DNA of 64,000 bases from Eledone cirrhosa. Taxonomy: Eukaryota. Of this stretch, positions 25,459 through 36,958 are shown in pieces. The translations under genes were made by a program, and so were the position numbers. The notes beneath the pieces are model-generated. The model worked only from the letters and a program-made list of their open reading frames with translations. It ran no database searches and had not been told where the DNA came from. The number at the start of each line of letters is the position of its first letter. Position 1 is the first letter of the stretch. The stretch is from contig OZ024743.1 in the NCBI GenBank assembly GCA_964016885.1, positions 6,510,001-6,574,000 of the forward strand, read 5' to 3'.

Positions 25459-25664
25459 CCCTTTAGCATTTAAACCGGCCATATCCAGCCAGAATTCTCC
25501 TACCTCTTTCTGTTCAAAGTGCCGGTAACTGGATGCTCATACTTATGTTAAGGTATTGTTCTCGAAACAAATAATATCAAAATCTAGATTCGATATTATG
25601 TGAGATAAAGTGTTTACCATTGAAAATACAATAGTAAATATAGAGAAATGTAAATGCTAAAGGG
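25459..25664. mobile_element. piggyBac-type MITE, family A (opposite orientation to the 7626 copy)
   Basis: TTAA-CCCTTTAGCATTTA ... TAAATGCTAAAGGG-TTAA. Confidence 0.92.
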
Positions 25665-25845
25665 TTAAGTCTGTTAATATGTAAACTTTATAAATGTTTA
25701 AGATTAATTGACATAATACTTTTATTAATGGGATATGTAAATTCCCTCTTGATATAGCTATTTATAATTAATATAGTTATTTATAATATATTGCTAAATC
25801 ATTTTATTCAAAATATTGACATTAATATTATTTATTAACTTTCAG

Positions 25846-25957
25846 GTTGTTTCCAGGTGCTAAGATATTAACCGAATTGGATCAAGCATCAAATATGAGA
25901 TTCATGAACTTTAAATTTCTTGATAACTATTCAATGCAAATTGCCAAATTAGAAAAG
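25846..25957 (+). CDS. KCNT: KCNT/Slo2 exon
   Basis: tttcag|G TTG TTT CCA ... GAA AAG|gtaagt; LFPGAKILTELDQASNMRFMNFKFLDNYSMQIAKLEK, compare [22 protein letters not shown]..SKLEK. Confidence 0.97.
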
Positions 25958-26120
25958 GTAAGTTCACATATTTAAATGATAATAAAATGGTATGGATTGC
26001 TCTGTTTAATCTTGTGTAGTATTTACAAAATCTTTATCAGAATGATTATTGATTGTTTTTCAGATATTTTATTTTTCATATGAATTTTAAGTGAGAAAAT
26101 CATTATTTTGGAGTGAAAAT

Positions 26121-26290
26121 AAATAAAACAAAATGCCTAGGGGAAACGGCTTGTCTATTCAGTCCACCATGGTTGTGAGTCAGCCAGCGTGTGGGCCCCC
26201 ATTTGCTCATAATAGTGAGTGATGGGGAGAGCGGGAGAGATGGAGGCAGTGACAGTGGGATTTTGGTTCCTTTGTGTTCATACTGAGGTA
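26121..26290. repeat. Dispersed GC-rich repeat (copy 2)
   Basis: Aligns with 20455-20615. Confidence 0.7.
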
Positions 26291-26399
26291 ATCTAAATAT
26301 TTTACACATAGGCATCGTATATCCATCAATGTGAAAGGTTTTAATCCTTTCTAACAATAGTGACATGCTTCAAGTAACCAGAAAGGCCTATTTAGCTTG

Positions 26400-27955
26400 A
26401 CAACTTTATCACATCATCTAGGTCCTTATCTTCTTGTTTTCCTCCACCTTCATCTCACATCAGGGGGAATAATTTCAACCATATTCTATTCCTTTCTACC
26501 ACTAACTTATTGTCTTCTGTCTCTGTTGATATTAATTCACCACCCAATTGCATTCTTTGTACCCATACATATCGCTATTTGAAATTGTTCAAATATCCCT
26601 TGCATTACAGAAGTTGTCAAAGGTGCTGTGTTGATATTATTAATGTTATAGCTGAAAGTTTACTAATCTGGCCTTTTATGCAATGTCACTTCAGTTCTGA
26701 CATCCATTGCAAGGTAAAATTTCTCTCCTGTGACCAGCATCCTGTTGAGGATTTTGCTACTATCTTCAGTTAAACTCTTCAGCCATATCTCAAACAGAGA
26801 TTAGAATATTTTGCCCATGTTATTTCCAGCCTATTAAACTATATATGCTTAACTAATAACAAAACTGAATGGCAAAGATTTTTTTAATTACATTTATCAC
26901 TCACTATATGTCCATTAAAGAAACAGCAGTTTAAATTGATTGAAACCACACCTATTTCTTCTCTCAAGCTGGAAGCAAATTGAAACGGTATGGTTTCAAA
27001 TGTCAGTTGGTACTCAAACCTCAAAAAAGCCATCAACACCAAATTCAGTAAATATGGCATCAAAAGGAAGTTTGTTTTCATCATTCTCTTTCAATTCTCC
27101 TTAAGTGGTAATGCAGAATCCTTCAATTAATTGAGAGGAAAAACATCCATTTGTCCCTCTAGATGATGTCAGAAAGACAATCTTATCATTTTCTGCAGCA
27201 TTTGGTCCTAAAATTGCTGGCTTTTACTCCCATTTTGATAAAGACATTTTTCTCTCCTATAGATGCTGGCCTTCAGCTTCTGAAATGTCTCACACTATTC
27301 ATTAGTATATTTTCTTCTGAAAGTAAAGTATTCTCCTCTACATACTCAGTCTCCTTAAGCTTAATGGCAATCTTTACCCTATAGCAGTCGGATGTACTTT
27401 GAGACACCCCATGGCAAAAGTATGTTGGTTATCAATCTCACACCACCTCCCTTCAGAATTTATACCCACTCAGTTCAGGGCTGGAACTAAACTGGAGTGT
27501 GAAACATCTACTTGCATCATGAGATGATGATATGTGTATACATTCCCTCTAAGCTCTACCACTTTGCCTAAAGAACACTTTCAATTCAATCAGACGTGAT
27601 GCCATCTTCAACTCAGAGGGCTCCAGATCTCTTCCATGTTGCTTGGCAAGCTTATTAATAGTCCTTCCATCTCCTCTTAAGTGACCAATGAATTCTTTCC
27701 AAGGCAGAAGTTCAGTTTATTGTCCTCAAAACATTACATAATGTGCCATCTACATCGTTACCCATTTCATCAATTCATCATTGCATCATTGCTCAAAGGA
27801 ATTTTATTGATTTATGTCAGTCACTGATTTGCATAACACAGTTCATCAAACCTCAATAATAGCTGAGAGGTCTTGAGTTTTCGGCAATAGAATATGGCTT
27901 TCTGCATTTTGTAATCACTAATAAAATGTTATACGAGCACATTTCTTCCATTGAT
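26400..27955 (-). mobile_element. Highly decayed LINE (CR1/L2-like) RT remnant
   Basis: Only faint colinear motif echoes on the minus strand (LEGQMDVF for ..VDVxYLDF; DRRQ*V). Weak support. Confidence 0.35.
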
Positions 27956-27997
27956 GTTAATGAAAATATACACGAGGGGTTTGAAATGATAGATAAA

Positions 27998-28031
<34 letters not shown>

Positions 28032-28032
<1 letters not shown>

Positions 28033-28451
28033 GAAAAATTGAACAGGGACAGAACAGAGAGGCAGTACGACAAATGTTTATTAAATTCACGCTCAGGAGA
28101 GTGGGGGGTAGGTGGGGGACGACGTTTCGGGCATAAGCCCTTCTTCAGGTGAGAGTTCAAAAGGTGTGTAGGGGAGTGGTGGAGAGACATATAGCGAAAG
28201 GAAATGGTGCGAATGAAAAATTAACAAATAAAGACAAAAATATAATAAATAATAAATAAAAATAAAGCATGATCAAAATCCAAGGAATGAGAAAATTTAA
28301 AATAAAGGCATGATCAAAATAAACTGAAATTAAAAGGGGGGTAAACAGGTGGTGGAAGGGTGTGGGGTGAGTAGAGGTGGTGGCGGGTGGAGTGGGGAGA
28401 GGGAGACGGGGTGTCCGAGCGGGGAGGGCTGAAGGTGGTGTGTGTGGTTAG

Positions 28452-28488
<37 letters not shown>

Positions 28489-29683
28489 AAAGTGAGGGTT
28501 GGGGGAAGAATGGGGTTGCATGTTCAGGAAGGTGTGTGTGGGGGTATTTTTGTGGGTCGGAGGGTCTGTGCGTGTGTGGATAGGGGGGTGTGGGGAGAGG
28601 AATCAGGGGGCTGAGGGTGTAAATATGTGGTGGGAAGCACGTGTGTGTGGTTTAAGCGTGTTGTGGGTGTGGGTGGCGTGTGGATAAAAAAATTTGTTTT
28701 GGGGTGTGTGTGTGTGGGTGAGTTATATAGGTGGTGGTGTAAGAGGATGGTTGAAAAGTGGTAAGTTACACGGATGTATGGAGATTTTGGTGAGAAGTCA
28801 AAACGCGTGTGGATAATCCAAGAAGCGGTGGTCGGAAGAGGAGAGATGTGGGGTGCGCGCGCAACAGGAAGTGGTCAGCAGTGGAAGTGCTGTGGTCAGT
28901 TGGTGCTGAGATAGTGGTCGGAAGGGCATAGCAGCAGTCGGCGGAATGGTAGGGAGGCGAGGATGGGTAGGTGTGAGAGTTGGAGTGAGGAGGGTGTGTG
29001 TGTGTGTGTGTGTTAGTGGGGTGTTAGTGGGATGAGTGAGTGTGGAGCGGGGAGAGAAGAGTGTGTGTGGTTCTATGGAGGGAGTGTGGTGTACTGGTGT
29101 GTGCGTAGTTTGGTGAAGAGGTGTTAGTGGGTGTTAATATACGGGAGGTGGGGAGGGGTGGAATGCAGGTGTGAGTGGGGGTTAGTGGGGGTTAGTGGGG
29201 GTAGGGTGTGTAGAGTTGGTGGTGTACGAGGGTGTGTGGGTACGTGTGCGTGGGGTTGGAGGGTGTTAGTGATGTTAGTTGCGTGGGGGTGGGTGGTGTA
29301 AGTGGGTGCGTGTGTGCGTGTGATAAGGAGGGGGAGGAGGAGAAGAGGGGAGGGAAGGGATGTTAGTATGTTAGTTGGGGAAGGGTGGTCAGATGAGGGG
29401 TGGAGTGGAGGTGTTAGTATTGTTAGTGTGGGGTGGGCGGTGAAAAGGAGGGGTGTGTTAGTGGTGTTAGTGGGGGATAAGTGTGGTGGGAGGGGGGGCG
29501 GTCGAACGCTAAAGGAATAAGGGTGGGGAGTTCAGGCTGGGGGGAGTGTGGGTCTGTAAGATGAAGATAGTACGTTGTTCGACCGTAAGGCGATGGGCGG
29601 GTGTTCCGTGGCACTGGAGTAGGCCACAGACTGTGAGATGGCGTGCGGAGTGTCCAGGGCCACCAAAGTGGCGGGCGATGGGG
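28032..29683 (-). mobile_element. Penelope-like retroelement (Neptune-type), 5'-truncated
   Basis: Minus 29682-29509 translates PIARHFGGPGHSARHLTVCGLLQCHGTPAHRLTVEQRTIFILQTHTPPSLNS, the GIY-YIG C-terminal pattern PVAxHF..H..E..IF.L.T..P.GLN. It is followed by a long C/A-rich 3' region, a CTGAAGAAGGGCTTATGCCCGAAACGTCG hammerhead-like core and AATAAA, with TA repeats on both sides. Confidence 0.85.
28118..28148 (-). ncRNA. Minimal hammerhead core of a Penelope pLTR (stem I not evident, probably inactive)
   Basis: CUGAAGA-A-GGGC-UUAU-GCCC-GAAA-CGUCGUC. Confidence 0.55.
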
Positions 29684-29759
29684 ATATATAAAAGTACATT
29701 TATATGCTTTATCTATCAAACCGCACATGTATATTTATATATAAATATATCCATACATA

Positions 29760-32700
29760 TCATCATCATCATTATCATTTAACGTCCATTTTCCACGCTT
29801 GCATGGGTCTGGACAGGAATTGTCCCACTTGAGGCAAGATTGGTTGTCTTGCTCAGGACTGTCTGGCGGGTTTTCTACGGCTGGATGCCCTTCCTAACAC
29901 CAACCACTGTGGACTGGGAGGTTTTTACCGTGTTACCTACACGGCCACATTACAGCATGGACTGTGTTTTTTTGCAGTGACACCTACACGACCTCATTTA
30001 TTTAGGATTGGATGTTGTGGTACCAACATAGCTTTACATCGAAAGGGGTGGTGTAGATGGCAGTGGGGGTAGGGTTAGTGGGATGGGGGTTTATTTTGGT
30101 TAAGAGGTGCCTACTGACTGTAGGTTTTGCTTTGTACTTAGGCAAGGCGGGTCTTCTGTATTACTACGTAGCGCCAAAGATCTGGAGAGGTGTAAGTGTG
30201 TGAGATCGGATTTTATCAAGTCGTCCCAGGTTTTTCTGGGTCTGCCTACTCCGTAGCTACCGTCTATTTTGATCATCCTGCACTTTTTTTATACAGCTGT
30301 CATCTTTCATGCACATCACGTGACCATACCATCGTAGTCTTCTCTCGAGTAAACAGCATCTGATCCCTCTTATTCCTAATTTCTCACTTAGTTTATTTAT
30401 GCTTTGCAGTTCGTGTATATTACTATTACACATCCAACGGAGCATGCAAGCTTCGTTCCTCTCCAGTCTGCGTAGATCCGCTGCACACAAGGCCCATGTC
30501 TCACTGCCAATAACATCACTGTTCGTATGCAGGCATCATACAGCCTGCCTTTTATCTTTAGAGAGAAACCTTTAACGGCCAATAGTGGTATAAGCTCTCT
30601 GAACTTTTTCCATCCCGTTCGGACTCTAGCTACAGTACTTTCGGAGCACCCTCTACTACTGCTGATTTTGTCACCCAGGTAATGGAAGGTGTCCACTATT
30701 TCTATAGAACCATCTGGGCAATGGAATGAGCTAGTATTCTGTGGGCATTTGCTGCTACTTATTGCACCAGAGCACCGGCCACATATAAAATCTATATTCT
30801 TAGTTAGCTTACCTGTGATCTCACTACATCTTTTATGCACCCATACTTTGCATTTGGGACATAAAATGGAGTTTCTACCTACTCCTTTCCTACACACTGA
30901 GCATGGCCATTTCCCAGATGGGACCAGTGCCCTATTCTCCTTCCTACATATTAGGACTTTAGTCTTAGACAAGTTAACTTTAAGGCCTTTTGATTCTAGG
31001 CCATGCTTCCATGTTTGGAATTTCTTCTCTAGTTCATCCATTGATTCGGCTATGAGCGTTAGATCATCTGCGTATAGAAGTTCCCATGGGCAGCCGGTCT
31101 TGAACTCCTCCGTTATAGCTTGGAGGGCGATAATAAATAGGAGGGGGCTAAGGACGTAGCCCTGATGAACACCGACTTTTACGCTAAATTCTTCACTATA
31201 TTCATTGTTGATTCTAACCTTGCTGACTGTTTCTTTATACATGGCTTGTATAGCTCTCACAAGCCATTCATCAACACCTAGTTTTCTAAGGGCCCACCAG
31301 ATAATGGAGCGGGGGCTCTGTCAAAGGCTTTCTCCAGGTCTACAAAAGCTAAGTAGAGGGGGTTTACTTTTAGCTAGGTACTTCTCCTGTAGTTGTCGTA
31401 CAATGAAAAGAGCGTCTATGGTACTTTTACCTGACACAAACCCGAACTGCATTTCATCTAGATCAATTCGCTCTCTGATTAGTTGCGCTATTACTTTTTC
31501 TGTGACCTTCATGACCTGGTCAATTAATTTAATGCCTCTATAGTTTCCTCTATCTAGGGCATCTCCTTTACCCTTGTAGCAGTTAATGATGATGCTGCTA
31601 CGCCAGTCCTTTGGTACGACCCCATTCTGTATAACTTGGTTTACTATCTGGGTGACCATAGTGTGTCCCACCGTTCCAGATGCTTTCAGCATTTCAGCAA
31701 CTATTTCTGAAGGCCCAGCCGCCTTGCCCGTCTTCATATCTTTGATTACTTTACTTATTATACTACCTTCAACTTGCACTCTGGTCCCTCTATTGGTTCG
31801 ATGTGGGGGAGACTGTCTTTCTCCCATTTATTCTCCTCATTTAGTAGCCTTTCGTAGTGACACTTCCAAGCTACCTTCTTATCAGCGTCAGTGATGACAA
31901 GTACACCATCATCATTACGGACACACTTCTCCCCGACAATATCACGGTTTGACACATTGTCTAATAATCCTGAACACCTCACGTTTTTGGTCCTCGCGTT
32001 GTAGAACATGCTTGAACTTTCTTTTCTCTGCTTCCCTTCTTGCGAAGTACACTTGTCTCCTAGCTTCCCTCCTGGTCACTTGATAGTCTTCTCTACTTGC
32101 CCCATCCCACCATACTTTCCAAGCCTGCTTTTTGGCCTTGATCGACTCCTCCACCTTACTGTTCCACACCAAGTTACTCTCCTCCTGCCTATAGGTCTGC
32201 TCCAGCCACAGATTTCATCTGTCGCCTTCAGCAGGTTAGCTTTCAGGAATTCCCACTGTTCCTCTATATTGTACAACTCTAATTGCTCTTCCTTACTGTC
32301 AAAAGCTTTTAAATTTATTACTGGCTGTGGGGTCCTTTAACTTCCATATTTTTCTCCTAAGGATAGTCCTCCTCTATTGTCGAATACGTCTCGTCCTGAC
32401 TATGAGGTCGCTAACTATGAGGCTATGTTGGGAGGTGCATTCTTCAGGGGGAGGGATTTAGTGTTTACAACAGACACTCTGTCTCGTCTTCTGGTAAGGA
32501 TATAATCTATCTGACTGGCGTGTTCCCCTGATCTATAGGTGATCAAGTGATTGTCCCATTTTTTGAAGTTTGTGTTACAGATAGTTAGGTTATTTGCATC
32601 ACAGAATTCCAGGATTCTGGAGCCTTCCTCATTTCTAGTACCAAACCCATAGCCTCCATGGATTCCGTCATAGCCGTCACAGTGTTGTCCAACGTGACCA

Positions 32701-33212
32701 TTTAGGTCGCCAGCAATAATTATATAGTCACTGTCGGTTATTTGGGAGGTAGTGAGCATCAATGTCTCATAGAATCTGTCTTTTATAATGCCAGGTAGTC
32801 CGGGTTGGGGTGCATACGCAGATATTGTCACAGTAGTTCTATTGAGGACAAGTCTTATTTTAATTATTCTGTCGTTCACTCTATTTACGTCTACTATCTT
32901 ATCTACCCATGATTCCTACTCCACCCAGCCCAGTGTCATTTCCCACCCAGAAAAGCTTATAGCATCGTTTTTTACCCACAATGAATCTAGCAGACCCACC
33001 CCTCCACCTGGTCTCTTGAATACAGCAAACATCAATCTCCTTACGTTCAAGCATCTCTACAACCTCATTAGAGCGACCTTTTAAGGTACCTACATTCATG
33101 GTACCAACTCTGAAGTTTTGAATTGCGTTTGGTGGGTGGGAAGGATAGGGCGCAGGGAGGGGTGAGGGAGATGGGGCTATGTTAGCCGTCCGCAGCCTAA
33201 ATAAAGAGGAGG
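29760..33212 (-). mobile_element. RTE-clade LINE, near full length (APE + RT + PHD-like finger), several frameshifts
   Basis: APE motifs VGTMNVGTL, CCIQETRW, SAYAPQ, AGDLNGHVG and SQIDYIL; RT YADD; 3' UTR with (CAT)n. The ORF is broken into at least seven pieces. Confidence 0.96.
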
Positions 33213-33221
33213 AATATATAC

Positions 33222-33400
33222 CATCATCACTTTTATAACTGCTTTCTATACTGGCATTGGTTGGGTGAGTCAATACGCTTTGCATCACACCTTATTAAGA
33301 GTTACTATGGCTTGATGCCCTTTCTAATACCAACCACTTTACTGGGTGCATTTTAATGCAACACTAACAATAGAGATGTTGCCTTGCCCCCTAAAGAATA
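33222..33400 (-). mobile_element. Older RTE-related 3' tail fragment abutting the 5' end of the large RTE
   Basis: CATCATCAC..GGCATTGGTTGG..GATGCCCTTTCTAATACCAACCACTTTAC, a diverged version of the RTE 3' UTR. Confidence 0.7.
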
Positions 33401-33842
33401 CTTTCTTCTCTATACAGTCACTAGTCTTTCAGGGTATATATATATATATATAATTTATTGAAAAGTTACTTTTTGCCAAATGAATGTGTGGGAAGGTACT
33501 TAATATATCATTTAAACCCATTACTTGAGTTTCACATGACTGCAATCTTCAGATAAAAAGTCTGAAGATTGCAGTCATAAGCATATCAGTCAGATCTCTG
33601 GTTTGAAATATCTTCCCCTTCTCTCCCATCAGTCCTATGGGCCCTGAGAAAGGTCATAGACAATCCCCCGCCCCTTCCTTGATTAAACAGTTAAAAGAAA
33701 TGTGTTTCCTATAATATATTATCTTTAAATGTATTTGTAAAGGGATGATGATGAAGATACAAATTTTTATATCAATTAGATTTTATATTAAATCAATGAA
33801 TAATCTTTATTCTTCTAATAAATACAATGTTTTCTACATTAG

Positions 33843-33947
33843 AAAATTGCAAGTCAAGTATCTTCCAACTTACGCCACATGTTCCGGCTTTCTTTTGCTG
33901 CTGGCCATGTATTTAGTGCTGGTATGCTAGACACTCTTTTATATCAG
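33843..33947 (+). CDS. KCNT: KCNT/Slo2 exon
   Basis: cattag|AAA ATT ... TAT CAG|gtaatt; [35 protein letters not shown], compare [23 protein letters not shown]. Confidence 0.97.
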
Positions 33948-34149
33948 GTAATTAAATCACTCAATTTATTTCATTTGACATTTAATTTATGAATAATAGG
34001 AAAAATTTAATTTTATATAAATACATTAACCCTTTCATTACCATATTTCTGGTGAGATATACTACTTATACTTCCAAATTAATATGGAAAAAATGGGAAG
34101 GATTTAATAAATGTAAGCTGGTGTTTGGAAGATAGCTTAACAAACTCTT

Positions 34150-35100
34150 CCCATTCTCAGGCTACAATCAGTTATGTAGATTTTAGTACCAGATTTGTTC
34201 TGTAACACTATATGTGAAGTAGACCTGTGATATATATGAAGTCAAGGAAATAACTGGATGTTTAGCTGTTAGTGCATTATTTTACTTTTTTTTCTATCTT
34301 TTTTTGTGTGCTGTGAATGTTGTACAGTGTTATGTGTAATTCTTAAGTTTTATCTTGTGTGTACATGGGGTTTATATTTTTTAGTGTGATAGTATTACTG
34401 ATAAGAAGTAATATGGTGAGTTTGGTAAGGATGTGTTTGTTTGGAGACATATTTCTAGGTGGTTGGAGAAGGTTTAGAGTTGTGTAGTTATGTCTAGGGA
34501 ATGGTGAAAGGGTATAATAATTCCTTTCAACTGAATGTTTGTGATTTCACTTATATTTCAGAATTTCTTAATTGTTTTTCTGAAATGTAGAGGTCATGCT
34601 TGTAGTCTAAGCAAAAGAAATGTATTTTATGTTTATCAAATCAGTATGGTCTTATGTGACTGAATTTAGAAAAGGTTTTGATAAATGAGCTTGCTTGCTA
34701 TTGGAATGTTGTCATATTATTGTAATGTGATATGATGTGGCTGGTTAGAGTTGTTATTGTTGCATATAACTGTATAGCTAGAGACATTAGGTATCCTAAT
34801 TGTGTCATGTTTTGTAGTGATTCAACATAAATTTAAGTGAGTTGTTTGTATTTTATACTCTCTGAGTGTATGTGGGGGGGGGGGGGGGCAATATGGGGGA
34901 ATGCTTCTATCTTTTCAATATTTGTATGGCTTATTTTCTACAAAACTTTTGCCTTCAAATAATTTTGAGCTTGGTGTTGATTGTTGATCTGTATATTGTT
35001 CTTTTTCAACAATTTATAGTTTGTTTTGAGTTATGTAATTGTTCATAGACAATTGAGTATTCTGGAAATCAACCTCTTCAAATATATACAAGAACTGTCT
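34150..35100 (-). mobile_element. Possible very decayed Penelope-like GIY-YIG remnant
   Basis: Minus-strand fragments TIYRSTI and TTLTSHI echo the IYKAxV and TTLSxHIW motifs, in a strand-skewed G/T-rich tract. Weak. Confidence 0.3.
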
Positions 35101-35278
35101 TAATATTCCAGCTAGATGATTTAAATGTGGCAAAATGTAATCAAATTTAAATATTTACTTGTTTTTCTTGTATTCTTTCTCAAAACAAAAGCAAATTTAC
35201 AGATTATACTTTTTTTTTTTTTTATTATTTGTATGTTATTTGTTATTAATAGATACTTTTTACTTTTATTTATTTCAG

Positions 35279-35362
35279 ACATTTGAAAAAGGATATCTTA
35301 TTGCATTTATTCGTCTTTTGTTGGGAATTGATTCCTCAGAAAATTCTGGGCATCTTTCAAGT
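35279..35362 (+). CDS. KCNT: KCNT/Slo2 exon
   Basis: tttcag|ACA TTT ... TCA AGT|gtaaaa; TFEKGYLIAFIRLLLGIDSSENSGHLSS, compare [28 protein letters not shown]. Confidence 0.95.
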
Positions 35363-35669
35363 GTAAAACAATAATTTCTATTATGAAAAACACATGTACA
35401 TTGTTTTTATTGATTTTGTGTTGGATGTTTTTTTGTTTTTTTTATGGAAGAACAATAACAGATAACAATACAGAGTTATCCAGCTCTTACAATTGATAGA
35501 TAAAAACATTTGATTAAGCAAAGTCAAATGAATTTAGGAAAGATTACCATGGAAAGTATTAGGCTGATCTATAAATATGAATAAAAAAAGCACATAAAGC
35601 CTGCAAATTCTCTCATCTTTTTTTATTTTAAAATAATATAGTAAATAACTAATAAGATAAAGTAATATA

Positions 35670-35828
35670 GAAATAGAAGGTTTTGCTGTAACATTTGACT
35701 AAATAAAATAGTCTAGTAATAGGGTGTATAAACCACAGAAAAATATGGGTATCAGCACCCATCTTTTTATACACCCCATTATTAGACTTTTATATTTAGT
35801 CAAATGTTATGGCAAAGCCTTCTATTTC
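35670..35828. repeat. Fold-back element with about 62-bp imperfect arms
   Basis: GAAATAGAAGGTTTTGCTGTAACATTTGACTAAATA..GGGTGTATAAA / TTTATACACCCC..TATTTAGTCAAATGTTATGGCAAAGCCTTCTATTTC. Confidence 0.85.
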
Positions 35829-36808
35829 TTTTTTCAAACTTTGCTTGCCACTTTCTAAAACTACTTCCTAAAGTAATATACTTTTTTTATTCATATAATG
35901 AGCTAAGTAATCAAGTTTCATTAAGACAAACTATTAAAGTTTGTAACTAAAACTTTTTTCTTTGTTTAAAGTAACAAACATTACACTTATATTTAATTTG
36001 AAAACATTAGCCTTGAATATAATATTATTCCTATTTAGAAACCATGTATAATGCAAGATTATGCAGTCACAACAAATAAAAAATTAAGTGAAAAACTATT
36101 AAATATAGCAAAATATTTTGATCAGCTTAAGAACTATATGTATACTTCTTGAATAATATTAATAAGCACAATATAATAATTTTTTATTAGTTAACCATAC
36201 CTAGTTACTTTGTAAATGTACTTTACATTTTCCCATGCAGAACTGATTCAAATTAATTACTTAATTCATGCATTAGCACTGTTTCAGTGTTACACTACAG
36301 AATATACATATAGATGTTTAACCAGCACTTCATATATATTTTTATTATCTCTAAGTATTTTGTTATAAAGGGGATCACTGAACTGTTTGATATTTGTTTA
36401 GTGGCTGAGTGTTTGAAGACCCAAGCATGACTGATATAATTTATGCCAAACCTGTGAACCATAAAGAGCTACTGTAATATTTCTTATGTTATACTGATTG
36501 TAAGCTATTCAATCCCATTTTTCTTTTAATTAGTTATTATATACCCAATGCTCTTTGAAAGATATTGATATGGTGTATGCAATGTCTAGTATTTTAGTCT
36601 TTATTGGGTGGGGTGGCTTGGTACAAAATGGCATTGCATATTTGTAGAGAGGCTGATTTGAGTAGGTGTCTGATAAGATTTGAATGTATTTTAGGCCAAG
36701 ATTTAGAAAGATATATAGGTAGCATAATTATGAGTAATGTCTTTTTGGTTAGTATCTATGTAATTATTGTTGCTGCTGATAATGTAAGATAATTTGTTTT
36801 ATTTTCAG

Positions 36809-36958
36809 ATTCAAGTTCGGAAAAGTACTTTGAATAAATTAACTACTTATGGAGAACTATATCGACATTTGTGTGAAACGGTTGGAGAAATACCAATTGC
36901 TTTATATAGATCAGAACCTATAATTCCTATAAAGCAACATGCTTTTAAAATTAACGAT
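36809..36958 (+). CDS. KCNT: KCNT/Slo2 exon
   Basis: tttcag|ATT CAA ... AAC GAT|gtaagc; IQVRKSTLNKLTTYGELYRHLCETVGEIPIALYRSE.., compare [24 protein letters not shown]. Confidence 0.95.
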
